From an uncultured Planctomycetales bacterium (GTDB lineage: Bacteria; 4484-113), in assembly GCA_964554185.1 (NCBI GenBank), contig CAZKNJ010000011.1:1-56667 (forward strand): a DNA stretch of 56,667 nucleotides, written 5' to 3'. Every line of letters starts with the position of its first letter. Positions within the stretch are counted from its first letter, which is position 1. A model generated the notes under the pieces. It searched no databases. It had not been told where the DNA came from and saw only the letters and a list, made by a program, of their open reading frames with translations. This document shows positions 39,285 through 49,287 of the stretch, one piece after another. The position numbers were made by a program, and so were the translations under genes.

Positions 39285-39363
39285 CCGGACTCGCGAACCC
39301 GGCTGGCTGGCCCAGTCGGCTCAGGAGGAACTAGTCGCGGGGGCAACTCGCTGTACCGGGTTC
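39285..39363 (+). ncRNA. Candidate structured leader RNA upstream of trxA (unassigned family)
   Basis: 8-bp closing stem GAACCCGG (39295-39302)/CCGGGTTC (39356-39363) enclosing two hairpins, just after the extended -10 TGATAGAAT. Confidence 0.45.
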
Positions 39364-39392
39364 AACCAGCATTTGTTTATTGGAGGTTGTGA

Positions 39393-39707
39393 ATGCACGA
39401 ACTTCTTGAGGCGGAATTTGAGGAGAAAGTGGAAAAGAGCGCGCTACCCGCGGTAGTAGACTTTGGCGCAACGTGGTGCCCACCATGCAAGATGCTAGAT
39501 CCGATCATTGACCGGATATCTAATGAGTACGAGGGGAAACTTGCAGTGTTTCATGTGAACACCGACAACAACCCCGGGCTGGCCCGGCGGTTCAGCATCA
39601 CGGGCGTTCCGACAATGATCTTCTTCAAAGAAGGCGAGCCAGTGAAGACCATTGTGGGCTTCCGCGAATACGACGCGCTGAAGAGTATCGTGGACAGCGT
39701 CGTCTAG
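39393..39707 (+). CDS. trxA: Thioredoxin
   Basis: DFGATWCPPCK, ITGVPT; GGAGG SD. Confidence 0.95.
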   Translation: MHELLEAEFEEKVEKSALPAVVDFGATWCPPCKMLDPIIDRISNEYEGKLAVFHVNTDNNPGLARRFSITGVPTMIFFKEGEPVKTIVGFREYDALKSIVDSVV

Positions 39708-39718
39708 GCAGCCGCAAT

Positions 39719-41155
39719 ATGCCACCAACCGTTTCCAGCCCGGATAGAATCCGTTTCGGGTCTGACGGTTACCGGGGCATCATCGGGGATTCGTTCACCT
39801 GGCGCACGGTAGAGCGGCTGGTTTCCGGTACGATTGAGTTCCTCCGGCGCAGCGGCCACAGCGGCAGCACTATCCCGATTGGCTACGACACCCGCTTCAT
39901 GGCAGACTCCTATGCAAAGGCAGCATGCATCGCGCTGGAAACGGCCGGTTTCAAACCAGTACTGGCGTCGGAGTTCTGTCCATCGCCCTATCTGTCGTAC
40001 AGCGTGAAGAAGCTGGGCGCGCCGCTGGGCGTGATGTTTACTGCCAGCCACAATCCTGCGCGGTATCTTGGCTATAAGCTGAAGGGCCCGGAAGGCGGGA
40101 GCTCTTTGCCAGAGGTCAACCGGGCGGTGGAGGAGTATGCTGCGACGGCCACGGACGAGTGGAATCCCCACCTGGTGTTCGGCCCTGACCTTGAGTATGA
40201 GGTATTTGACCTCAGCGGGGACTACATCAAGACGATGACCGGATACACAGGCAAGAAGCTAGGAGGTCACAGCTTCGACCTCACAATAGACTTCGTCCAC
40301 GGCACCACCGCACTGCTGTACCGCCGCGCGCTGGAAGAGCTCGGCGTCGGCTTCAATCCGCTACACACGCAACGGGACCCGACTTTCTCTCTGCGCAAGC
40401 CCGAACCGCTGCCGGAGCAGCTGGAGGAGCTGTTCGGGTGGACGGAAGCGGGAGGGAAGAGCGCTTTCGGCGCGGCTTTTGACGGAGATGGTGATCGCCT
40501 AGGACTGATAGACGAAGAAAACACCTTCGTCCCGCCGGAGGACATCTTTGCCATCTGCCTGCTCCACCTGATCGAAGATCGCGGGATGTCCGGGCGCATA
40601 GTGAAGACAGTTAGTTTCTCCTCGCTGATTGACCGGATTGCGCGGGAGTTTAGCCTTGAGCTCGTAGAGGTACCAGTGGGTTTCAAGCACTCAACCCTGG
40701 AGCTGTTGAAGCCCGGCACGCTCGCAGCCGGCGAGGAGAGCGGCGGAATCGGCTTCGCTTTCCATCTGCCGGAGCGGGACGCGCTGCTTACGCTGATACT
40801 GGTTCTCTCGGCGATGGCGGAGAGAGGGCTTTCGCTGGTGGAGATGCGCCGGAGCATCGCAGAGAGGTTCGGCCATCCGCACTTCCTGCGCAGCGACATT
40901 CCGCTCGCGAATGGCCGGCAGGTGGAAACCGTGCGCAAGCGATTGGCCGAAGTGGCGGGCGACCCTTCACTGATCGGCTTGAAGCAGGCTGAGCTCTCCA
41001 CTCTTGACGGGATCAAGCTCAGCTACCCCGAGGGTTTCATCCTGTTCCGCTTTTCAGGAACGGAGCCGCTGGTGCGAATCTACTGCGAGCACGCAGTGAT
41101 GGGTGAAGAGAAGGCGCTACTTCAGCGGGCGAAGGAGTATCTCTTCGGCGGCTAG
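39719..41155 (+). CDS. Phosphoglucomutase/phosphomannomutase family protein
   Basis: FGSDGYRG, TASHNP, FDGDGDR and GEESGG motifs. Confidence 0.93.
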   Translation: MPPTVSSPDRIRFGSDGYRGIIGDSFTWRTVERLVSGTIEFLRRSGHSGSTIPIGYDTRFMADSYAKAACIALETAGFKPVLASEFCPSPYLSYSVKKLGAPLGVMFTASHNPARYLGYKLKGPEGGSSLPEVNRAVEEYAATATDEWNPHLVFGPDLEYEVFDLSGDYIKTMTGYTGKKLGGHSFDLTIDFVHGTTALLYRRALEELGVGFNPLHTQRDPTFSLRKPEPLPEQLEELFGWTEAGGKSAFGAAFDGDGDRLGLIDEENTFVPPEDIFAICLLHLIEDRGMSGRIVKTVSFSSLIDRIAREFSLELVEVPVGFKHSTLELLKPGTLAAGEESGGIGFAFHLPERDALLTLILVLSAMAERGLSLVEMRRSIAERFGHPHFLRSDIPLANGRQVETVRKRLAEVAGDPSLIGLKQAELSTLDGIKLSYPEGFILFRFSGTEPLVRIYCEHAVMGEEKALLQRAKEYLFGG

Positions 41156-42030
41156 CCGGGCTGCGTATCTTCGTCCACCACACTCTTGAGCAACGCCAGA
41201 CCATTGACATCTGTCAGGTCCCAGGTGAGCGGCGTTACCGTTACATACCCCTCGCTCGCCGCCTTCACATCACTGCCATTGCGCATATCGCCCACGACCC
41301 TCTCGCCGGCGATCCAGTAGAAAGGTTCCCCTCGCGGGTCAACCATCTTCTGAATCACATCCTTATAACCACGGAAGCCGGTGAAGCACGACCGGATACC
41401 TTTGATTTCGCTGACCGGCACGTCGGGAACGTTGATATTGAGGAAACGGCTGCCGTCAAAGACGGCTTTCAGCGCCGCGCTCTCAGTGTCCGGCGCAGGC
41501 CACACACCCTCAGGCGGTTCAGCGTAGAGCAGCTTGCGCAGGACGTGGAGTAGATAGTGGGAGGCAGTTGCGAAGTGCCCGCGACCACGCGAATCCAGCG
41601 AGATTGCGATACTCGGCAAGCCCAGGATGGCGCCCTCCATCGCGCCGGCGACGGTGCCGGAGTAGGTTACATCTTCCGCGAGGTTCTGGCCGTCATTGAT
41701 GCCGGAGACAATGAGGTGCGGCGGAGCGTCCTTGAGCACTTCCAGCACTCCAAGCATAGTGCCGTCCGCGGGCGAGCCCGAAGTTGAGTAAGCCGCGCAG
41801 CCGGCGACCGCCTTGTTCGGCCAGGTGAAGCCGCCCACCGGCCTGACCCGCAGCGGCTTGTGCAGAGTGATGGAGTGGCTGGCGGCGCTGCGAGGGCTTT
41901 CGGGCGCAACCACCGTGACTATGCACAGCGGGGAGAGCGCCCGCGCCAGTTCCACAATGCCCTGTGCGGCAATGCCGTCGTCATTGACGACGAGAACGCG
42001 GAGCGTTCCCTTGCTCTCAGCCATAGTCAC
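41152..42030 (-). CDS. surE: 5'/3'-nucleotidase SurE
   Basis: VVNDDGI, SAASHSITL, SGINDGQN, YSGTV and LNINVP motifs. Confidence 0.95.
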   Translation of the reverse strand: MTMAESKGTLRVLVVNDDGIAAQGIVELARALSPLCIVTVVAPESPRSAASHSITLHKPLRVRPVGGFTWPNKAVAGCAAYSTSGSPADGTMLGVLEVLKDAPPHLIVSGINDGQNLAEDVTYSGTVAGAMEGAILGLPSIAISLDSRGRGHFATASHYLLHVLRKLLYAEPPEGVWPAPDTESAALKAVFDGSRFLNINVPDVPVSEIKGIRSCFTGFRGYKDVIQKMVDPRGEPFYWIAGERVVGDMRNGSDVKAASEGYVTVTPLTWDLTDVNGLALLKSVVDEDTQPG

Positions 42031-42207
42031 GCGCCGATTCTAGCACGCCACGCACGCATCTCTCCGCCTAAATGGTGAGCCTGTGATGCCCCCGTCTGCA
42101 ATCGTGCTTGCGGCAATCAGTATTTCCGGATACTCTTCACTGTCATGTGGCAGTCAGCCGTTCCGGCAAAAGAGCTTGCACGTTGGCCCAAGCTGCGCTA
42201 TTAACTT

Positions 42208-43236
42208 GTGGCTGTCATGGAATCACCCTCAACCATAACGCACAATTCGCCAGGCGCTCTGGTCGTCTCTCTTGATTCTGAGCTTCATTGGGGAGTACGC
42301 GATAAGAAAGCGGTTGAGGTATACAAGCGCAATCTCTCTGGTGTACGCTCTGTAGTGCCACGCATACTGGAAGCGTTTCAGCGTTATGAAATCCACGCAA
42401 CGTGGGCTATAGTTGGGTTTCTGTTCTTTAGCAGCAAAGCCGAGCTGATTGAGCATCTACCTGCGCTGAAGCCGCATTATACCTGCTCCAGACTCACTCC
42501 TTACGGGGATATAGGCGGCATCGGTGCAGACGAGGGGACAGACCCTTTCCATTATGCGCTTTCGCTGGTCAAGGCGATTGCCGCCCAGTCCAATCAGGAA
42601 ATCGCAACGCACACGTTCTCACATTACTATTGCATGGAGCCAGGGCAAGACGTGATGGCGTTCAGAGCGGATATCGAAGCCGCGGTCGCCATTATGCGAA
42701 AGCACAACCTCACCCCTGAGAGTATAGTCTTTCCACGGAACCAGGTGAATCCGGAGTACGTTGCCATCTTACCTGAATACGGGATCACCTCTTACCGCGG
42801 TGCTCCGTGGTATTGCGTGGGAAAAGAGGAGCCCTTCTTCTCCTTCTACATCAGAGCTGCTACGCGCTTGCTGGATACTTACCTCGCCATCTATGGACAC
42901 AACACGTACTCGTACGAGCAAATGCGTAGGAGCATGCCATTCAACATCCAGTCAGACCGCATGCTCCGTCCGTATTCGCGGCGCTTTAGGGCGCTCGAAC
43001 CGCTGCGGCTCCGGCGGATTCTAACCGCTATGGAGTTCGCGGCCAAGAAGAAACGGGTTTTCCATCTATGGTGGCATCCCCACAACTTCGGAGTTGAGCA
43101 GGAGAGGAATCTGGCTGCGCTGGAGCATATACTGGCTCGCTACGCAAGACTTCGCGAGTCGCACGGAATGGTGAGCCGCAATATGAGAGAGCTGTCGCAT
43201 GAACTTCTGAGAGATAGTGGTGTGGAGCCCGCATAA
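42208..43236 (+). CDS. Polysaccharide deacetylase family protein
   Basis: SLDSELHWG, ATWAIVG, EIATHTFSH, VFPRNQ and FHLWWHPHNF motifs. Confidence 0.8.
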   Translation: MAVMESPSTITHNSPGALVVSLDSELHWGVRDKKAVEVYKRNLSGVRSVVPRILEAFQRYEIHATWAIVGFLFFSSKAELIEHLPALKPHYTCSRLTPYGDIGGIGADEGTDPFHYALSLVKAIAAQSNQEIATHTFSHYYCMEPGQDVMAFRADIEAAVAIMRKHNLTPESIVFPRNQVNPEYVAILPEYGITSYRGAPWYCVGKEEPFFSFYIRAATRLLDTYLAIYGHNTYSYEQMRRSMPFNIQSDRMLRPYSRRFRALEPLRLRRILTAMEFAAKKKRVFHLWWHPHNFGVEQERNLAALEHILARYARLRESHGMVSRNMRELSHELLRDSGVEPA

Positions 43237-43258
43237 GGGGCACAACGGCAGACCATCA

Positions 43259-44065
43259 ATGAACACCTCTGGACACGACAGCATGGTGAAAAAACAAGAG
43301 AAGGGAATCGTTATGATGGCTGGACCGGGCCGGTCTACGCGCATCATTTACCATGCGATGAAGAGCAGTTTGGATGTTAAGGCAGTTATCATTGAAAAGC
43401 AGGTCTCGCGATACAGGTTTCTGACGCGCAGAGCGAAGAAGCTAGGCTACTGGAACGTGATCGGCCAGATATTGTTCCGCTCAATCGTGGTGCCATGCTT
43501 GAAAGTTGCTTCCGTGAAGCGCGCAAGAGAGATCATGGATCATTACGGGCTTTCTGATGCGGACATTCCAGAGGCCGTTATCCGCCGTGTCGCATCAGTT
43601 AATGCGAATGAAACAATTGCGATACTAAAAGAGATCGGCCCCGACATCGTGATTGTAAACGGCACGCGGATCATCTCAAGGGGTGTTCTCAATAGCGTTC
43701 CCGCGAAGTTCATAAACTTGCATGCCGGAATTACTCCTTTATACAGAGGCGTCCATGGTGCTTATTGGGCGATAGTACAGGGCGATTACCAAGCCTGTGG
43801 CGTAACCGTGCATCTAGTGGATGCGGGAATTGACACGGGAGCTGTGCTTGAACAGGCTCTGATACGCTTTGGGAGAGCAGACAATTTCACTACCTATCCA
43901 CTACTACAGATTGCCGTCGGAATACCGCTGCTGAGAGGAGCTGTTCAGTCTGCACTAGAAGACCGTCTAGAACCGAAACCTGGCGCAAGCGGCGTGTCCC
44001 GCATGTGGAGCCACCCGACTATCTGGGAGTACTTGCGGTGGCGGTGGTTTCGCGGAGTGAAGTGA
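43259..44065 (+). CDS. N10-formyl-THF-dependent (sugar) formyltransferase
   Basis: INLHAGITPLYRG, GVTVHLVDAGIDTG; start uncertain. Confidence 0.82.
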   Translation: MNTSGHDSMVKKQEKGIVMMAGPGRSTRIIYHAMKSSLDVKAVIIEKQVSRYRFLTRRAKKLGYWNVIGQILFRSIVVPCLKVASVKRAREIMDHYGLSDADIPEAVIRRVASVNANETIAILKEIGPDIVIVNGTRIISRGVLNSVPAKFINLHAGITPLYRGVHGAYWAIVQGDYQACGVTVHLVDAGIDTGAVLEQALIRFGRADNFTTYPLLQIAVGIPLLRGAVQSALEDRLEPKPGASGVSRMWSHPTIWEYLRWRWFRGVK

Positions 44066-44279
44066 GGCGCCCTAAGGAGGCAAGCCGCCCAATGGGCTCG
44101 GAGAATGAGCAAGCGCCAGCACGCACCGGCCATTGCACTGCGCTCTCCTCCAAGCCCGCTTGGGTACAGTGGATGCCGCCTTCTCCAGATGCGCCTCATG
44201 GTTGATTGTAGCTATTGCTGGACGCGATGATTCTCCCCGTGCTTTGCAGCACATTGGCCACACTGATAGAATCTCCTTC

Positions 44280-45404
44280 GTGGAGTCGCGATCTATCATG
44301 CTACTCACGACTGCAACTCTGTGGGGCGGGGCGGAATCCCTCGCTTGTAGCCAGGCGCAGCATTTCGCCGCCAAAGGCTGGGAAGTGACGGTTGGGAGTC
44401 TGGCGGAAGGAGACGGCGCGCTCTTCAGAGAGACCAGGGAGGTCCCCGGCATTCGGACTTTCTCCCTGGGGATGGACAAGACACGATGGTACCGAATTGC
44501 CGAACTCCAGCTAAAGCTTGGCGAGGTACGTCCCAACATTATTATCGCCCACCTTTTCCACTCATGCATTGCTGCCCGGGTCTTCGGACGGCTCTTCCGT
44601 GGCATTCCAGTTATCAGCGTTTTCCACTCCACATATCAGGAGCGATGGCGAGTAGCGGTTGACCGGCTGACACTGCCGCTCACTGCCAAGTATGTGGTCG
44701 TGAGCGAAGACGGCGCTGCGTTCGCAAGAGAGTCGCTCGGTATCGGTGAGGACAAACTTGCTGTAGTCCCAAACGGAGTTGACTCGCGGTTCTTCCAGTC
44801 GCCCACTGGGCCGAGAGAGCGGATTCGGCAGGAGCTGGGTTTGAGTGCGGATTCAACGGTGATTGGATGCGTAGCCCGATTCCATCTGCAGAAGGACCAT
44901 GCAACGCTAATCAAAGCGTTCAAACGGACGCGCGAAGCTAACACCGGCAGGGACCTCAAGCTGCTTCTGGTCGGAGCTGGCTCAGAGCTCTTCGCGATGC
45001 GCCGCCTCACGGAAAGGCTAGGACTGCTGGAGCATGTGTTGTTCACGGGCTTCCGGCGCGACCTGCCGGACATCTACACAGCGATGGACTTGTACTCGCA
45101 GACCAGCCGCCGGGAAGGCCTGCCCATCACCATCCTGGAGGCCATGTCTGTCGGGCTGCCAATCGTGGCCACCGCCGCCTCCGGCGTCACATCGGTACTC
45201 GTCGACGGCGAGAACGGATTACTTGCGCCAGTTGGCGATGTGAAGGGCGTCGGCGACCGCATTACCCGCCTTCTCAAAGAGCCTGATTTGGCGCAGAAAC
45301 TCGGCGCGACCGCCAAGCAGCAAGTGGAGACGCAGTACAGCCTGAAAACCTGCATGGACGCCTATTACGATCTGGCGCTTTCCGTACTGGGTATGGAGCA
45401 ATGA
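44280..45404 (+). CDS. Glycosyltransferase family 4
   Basis: GGAE, VVPNGVD, SRREGLPITILEAM; GTG start 7 nt after TTGCAG-N17-TAGAAT. Confidence 0.9.
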   Translation: MESRSIMLLTTATLWGGAESLACSQAQHFAAKGWEVTVGSLAEGDGALFRETREVPGIRTFSLGMDKTRWYRIAELQLKLGEVRPNIIIAHLFHSCIAARVFGRLFRGIPVISVFHSTYQERWRVAVDRLTLPLTAKYVVVSEDGAAFARESLGIGEDKLAVVPNGVDSRFFQSPTGPRERIRQELGLSADSTVIGCVARFHLQKDHATLIKAFKRTREANTGRDLKLLLVGAGSELFAMRRLTERLGLLEHVLFTGFRRDLPDIYTAMDLYSQTSRREGLPITILEAMSVGLPIVATAASGVTSVLVDGENGLLAPVGDVKGVGDRITRLLKEPDLAQKLGATAKQQVETQYSLKTCMDAYYDLALSVLGMEQ

Positions 45405-46591
45405 GGTTGCTTTACTACTTGCACACTCTTTCCTTAGCTGGCGCCCAGCGGTCCGCCCTCGCCCTCGCCAGGGAGATGCGCAAGCATGGGTGCAGCGTTG
45501 TCTTTGCCGGCGAGGTGCAGGGCGATGCTTATACGGGGATTCTAGCCCGTGAGGGTTTCGAGCACATCGATATCCGCTTCTCGCGCAAACCGGAGGATGT
45601 CTGGCGCATCGCACACCAGCTAGCCGCGCTTTGCGCTAATTCGGGCGTTGATGTCTGCCACGCCTACTACTACACCAACTACTACTTCGCGTGGGCAGCA
45701 AGTCTGCTACGCAAGATGCCGGTCATCGGCGGCACTTTCTGTGGCGGCCCGGGACCTCGCTACCACATACCCCGGCTTTCGCCAGTCGTCGTGTTCAGCA
45801 AGGAGCAGAAGGACGCGTTCATAGCCAAATGGGGTTGGAAGCCGGAAAACCTGGTTGTGAGCCCGGGGAGGGTGGAGCATCCAGCGGCTGACGCAACGCA
45901 ACCGGATAGAGGCGGCTTCCTCTCACGGTATGGGCTTACCCCGGAGCTGCTCAGCATTCTGTTTGTATCGCGCCTTTCGGAAGACAAGCGCGGGTCGGTG
46001 GAAACGATACAGCTGCTAGCGCGGGAGATCGCGGCCCAAGGATTGCCCTGGCAAGTGCTCATTGCAGGGGGCGGGAAGATGGAGAGCGAGTTGCGGGAGT
46101 TTGGCGACCAGCTTGAACGTCAAGCAGGCCGGACGGTACTGGCGGCTGCAGGGGAGCAGGACCGGCTGGACGAGTTCTACGCCTGTGCCGACGTCGTGGC
46201 AGGTGTGGGCCGCAGCATCTTTGACGGAATGATGCGGGGGAAACCGGTCATGGTGGTGGGCGAGAAGGGCTTTGCCGGCCTGGTCTCGCCCGAGAGCGTT
46301 GAGGAACTCGCCTACTACAACTTCAGTGGACGCAACGCCCAGGCGGATTCAGGCGTGGAACACCTCATCTCCGCGATCCATTTAGCCGCGCTGCCGGAGG
46401 AGCGGCTAAGGCTCGGCAGCTTCGCCCGGCGCTATACAAGGGAGAATCTCTCTGTAGGAGCCGGCGGGAAAGTGCTGCTTGAATACTATGCGCAACTGAT
46501 GGAGTTTCCGCCGCTGCCGCGCGCCAGGGTCTTGCGGGAGGTCGCGCTTTCCACTATAAGCTACGTCAAGCGGAAAAGCCCTTATGCATAA
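45401..46591 (+). CDS. Glycosyltransferase (GT4-like)
   Basis: AGAQRS N-terminus, FVSRL, AGVGRSIFDGM. Confidence 0.8.
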   Translation: MRLLYYLHTLSLAGAQRSALALAREMRKHGCSVVFAGEVQGDAYTGILAREGFEHIDIRFSRKPEDVWRIAHQLAALCANSGVDVCHAYYYTNYYFAWAASLLRKMPVIGGTFCGGPGPRYHIPRLSPVVVFSKEQKDAFIAKWGWKPENLVVSPGRVEHPAADATQPDRGGFLSRYGLTPELLSILFVSRLSEDKRGSVETIQLLAREIAAQGLPWQVLIAGGGKMESELREFGDQLERQAGRTVLAAAGEQDRLDEFYACADVVAGVGRSIFDGMMRGKPVMVVGEKGFAGLVSPESVEELAYYNFSGRNAQADSGVEHLISAIHLAALPEERLRLGSFARRYTRENLSVGAGGKVLLEYYAQLMEFPPLPRARVLREVALSTISYVKRKSPYA

Positions 46592-47954
46592 TGCATACGC
46601 GATCAGAGCGCACAATCCCCTCACGCTTGGGGCGTTAGCTGCGGCCTCGGCAGTTCTGGTACTGGCGGCTCAAGTTACGTACATCCTCGCTGCAACTGCA
46701 GCGGTTGCAGCGCTCCTTGTCCTCGCCTCCAACCACCGGCTGGCTCTTCTCGCGTTCATGTTCTCCATCCCGTTCGCCACGCTTCAGCTCATTTCAGTGC
46801 CTGGTCTGTCGAACCTGGCCTTCCTGATGATTCCGGTTCTCGGCCTGAGCATGTTACTGAACCTGCGCCGGATTCCCGCACTGCCGCTGAAGAAGCTGGG
46901 AGCTAAGCCAGCCCTATTCACGGTCTTCATCCTCGCAGCGCTCCCGACCACTTTCTTTGCCTCCACCCAGGGAATCGCGCTGAAGTCGCTGGTCATAGCG
47001 ACGGTTGTGTTCGGGCTGTATCTGGCTTCCACATTAATGTTCACTGACGGTGAGCTGCGGGAGTGGGGCACAACCGCCTACCTCGCTGGCGTTCTGGCAA
47101 GCGCAGCGACGGGCTACAACCAGATGCTGCGGGAGCTGGCGACGACCATCTTTCTGCGCGCCGGAGTTGGCAGCCCCAGCGATTCGGCCATCTGGTTTCT
47201 GCTGGCGGTTCCGCTCGCGGTCATGCGCTTTGACCGCTGCCGGGGAATCGCGCCGAAGCTATTCTACGCTGCGGTGGTGCTGGCGTCGGCGGGGATTATC
47301 GTCCTCTCAAGCACACGCAGCGCGTGGTTAGCGTTGGCGCTTTACTTCGTATACGAGCTGTTCCGCAAGCCGGTGCGTGCGATCCTCACGGTCACCGTTT
47401 TTCTGATGCTGGTAGCGCTCTTCCTCAAGACCTACCTCCCATTCACTTACCAGCGCTCTATTGTTCGCGTGCTCGCAGTGTTTAACCCGGAGCTGGAGAA
47501 GCAGACTACGCTTCAGTTCCGCATTGAGAACTACCCGGTGGCGGTAGCTATGGTGGGCGCGTATCCTCTGCTGGGCGTCGGCCTAGGCAACTTCGCCGCC
47601 CACGCACCGCACTTTGGCCGCATCCTGATCCCTGGCGAGATGGGGTTGAACGCGCACAACGCGTATTTGGAGATGCTCACCGGCGCAGGACTCGTCGGGG
47701 GCGTGGCGTATCTCCTGGTGTGGCTGCTCACTCTGTGGGAGCTGATTGTACTGGCCCGGCGGGGTCCGCCCGGCGTCCGCCACCTGGCCGGAGCCTACGG
47801 CATCGGCTTCACCATGTTCATGGTGCATGCCGTCTTCCACTCTAGCTACCTAGTGCTGCTGCTGGTGCCGGTGCTAGCGATGGCCAGCGCCCTGAGGGTG
47901 TGCGCATACGAAGTGGTAGCGAAGAGCCAAGATCCGGCGCCGATTAGAGCTTGA
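46584..47954 (+). CDS. O-antigen ligase/polymerase family membrane protein
   Basis: Multi-TM; SSTRSAWLA, PLLGVGLGNF and AHNAYLE motifs. Confidence 0.88.
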   Translation: MHNAYAIRAHNPLTLGALAAASAVLVLAAQVTYILAATAAVAALLVLASNHRLALLAFMFSIPFATLQLISVPGLSNLAFLMIPVLGLSMLLNLRRIPALPLKKLGAKPALFTVFILAALPTTFFASTQGIALKSLVIATVVFGLYLASTLMFTDGELREWGTTAYLAGVLASAATGYNQMLRELATTIFLRAGVGSPSDSAIWFLLAVPLAVMRFDRCRGIAPKLFYAAVVLASAGIIVLSSTRSAWLALALYFVYELFRKPVRAILTVTVFLMLVALFLKTYLPFTYQRSIVRVLAVFNPELEKQTTLQFRIENYPVAVAMVGAYPLLGVGLGNFAAHAPHFGRILIPGEMGLNAHNAYLEMLTGAGLVGGVAYLLVWLLTLWELIVLARRGPPGVRHLAGAYGIGFTMFMVHAVFHSSYLVLLLVPVLAMASALRVCAYEVVAKSQDPAPIRA

Positions 47955-49242
47955 TTACTTTGCCATCGTTGCCGCGGTCGCCCATGCCGTTGCGGGTGTC
48001 CAGCACGAGCTTGGCGTGCTCTGCCACGAAGTCCCAGTCCAAGCATGTATGGTCGCTGATAACTACTACCAGGTCCTGCTGGGACAGCGCATCAGAGGTG
48101 AGCTCCACGCTGTCTAGGTCGAAACCGTTGGCGTCAAGCTTGGGGACGAAGGGGTCGTGGTAGCTTACTACGCCTTCCAGCCGGAGAAGCTGCTCAATGA
48201 TAGACAGCGCTGGCGACTCGCGCGTGTCGTCAATATCACGCTTATAGGCCACCCCCAGCACTAGAATCCGCGCGCCATTGATGGGTATCTTGCGCTGGTT
48301 GAGCAGAGTGACGATGCGTTCAACCACGTAGCGCGGCATCGCCGAGTTTATCTGGTCCGCAAGCTCAATGAACCGAGTGCGATAGTTGAGCTTGCGCATC
48401 TTCCACGAGAGGTACAGCGGATCGATAGGGATACAGTGGCCGCCCAGCCCCGGTCCGGGGTAAAACGGCATATAGCCGAAGGGCTTGGTCTTCGCTGCTT
48501 CAATAATCTCCCAGATGTCCACGCCGAGCTGGTGGCAGATGATGGCCATTTCGTTGATCGCGCCGATGTTGATTGCCCGGAAGGTGTTTTCCAGGAGCTT
48601 GACCATCTCGGCTGCCATTGCGCTGCTGACCGGCACCACGTTCTCCACTGCCTGGGAGTAAAGCGCCTGCACCATCGCGCTGCATTCCGGCGTAACGCCT
48701 CCGATTATCTTCGGCGTGTTCTTCGTGTGGAACTGGGAGTTTCCCGGGTCAACGCGCTCTGGCGAAAAGGCGAGGTAAAAGTCCTTGCCAACCTTGAGCC
48801 CGCTGCGCTCAAGTATCGGCAGAACCAGCTCCTCGGTGGTGCCGGGATAGCTGGTGCTCTCCAGCACTATGGCCATCGGCGCGTGCATGCGGGTGGCGAT
48901 CTCGTTGCTCGCCTGGAGGATGTAGGTGATGTCGGGTTCGCGGGACTTGGAGAGCGGCGTGGGCACACAGATGGAGACAGCATCCAATGTCCGGATGGCA
49001 TCGTAACTGGTCGTAGCGCTCAGCTTGCCTTCCGACACAAGCAAGCTGAGTAGCTTACTGTCAACATCACCAATGTAGTTCTGCCCGGCATTCAGGCGTT
49101 CAACCTTCTCCCGGCTAACATCAATGCCGACCGTGGGGAAACCCGCGGCGGCGAACTCCACGGCCAGTGGGAGGCCGACGTAACCCAGCCCCACCACGCC
49201 GATTGAGGCCTTGCGCTCCGTAAACAGCTCTTTGAGATTCAT
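47944..49242 (-). CDS. Nucleotide-sugar dehydrogenase (UDP-HexNAc 6-dehydrogenase, WbpA/WecC/TviB type)
   Basis: GLGYVGLP, CVPTP, FSPERVDPG, KLLENTFR and GGHCIPIDP motifs. Confidence 0.92.
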   Translation of the reverse strand: MNLKELFTERKASIGVVGLGYVGLPLAVEFAAAGFPTVGIDVSREKVERLNAGQNYIGDVDSKLLSLLVSEGKLSATTSYDAIRTLDAVSICVPTPLSKSREPDITYILQASNEIATRMHAPMAIVLESTSYPGTTEELVLPILERSGLKVGKDFYLAFSPERVDPGNSQFHTKNTPKIIGGVTPECSAMVQALYSQAVENVVPVSSAMAAEMVKLLENTFRAINIGAINEMAIICHQLGVDIWEIIEAAKTKPFGYMPFYPGPGLGGHCIPIDPLYLSWKMRKLNYRTRFIELADQINSAMPRYVVERIVTLLNQRKIPINGARILVLGVAYKRDIDDTRESPALSIIEQLLRLEGVVSYHDPFVPKLDANGFDLDSVELTSDALSQQDLVVVISDHTCLDWDFVAEHAKLVLDTRNGMGDRGNDGKVIKL

Positions 49243-49287
49243 CTGAGGAAGAGGATTCTACCAGAAAGATGGAAGCAGTGACGCAAG

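Noticed and set aside
39285-39363. SRP RNA, tRNA-Sec or HDV-like ribozyme
   Set aside because: It lacks the SRP CAGG..GGAA..AGCAG loop, a UCA anticodon arm, and the HDV L3 and J4/2 motifs.
38748-39707. Arsenic-resistance module (arsC + trxA)
   Set aside because: The ArsC-like protein lacks resolving cysteines and no arsR/arsB/acr3 is adjacent; an LMW phosphatase is equally likely.
44087-44205. Small ORF MGSENEQ... after an AAGGAGG
   Set aside because: 38 aa, no recognisable features and long SD spacing; possibly a junction remnant but unsupported.
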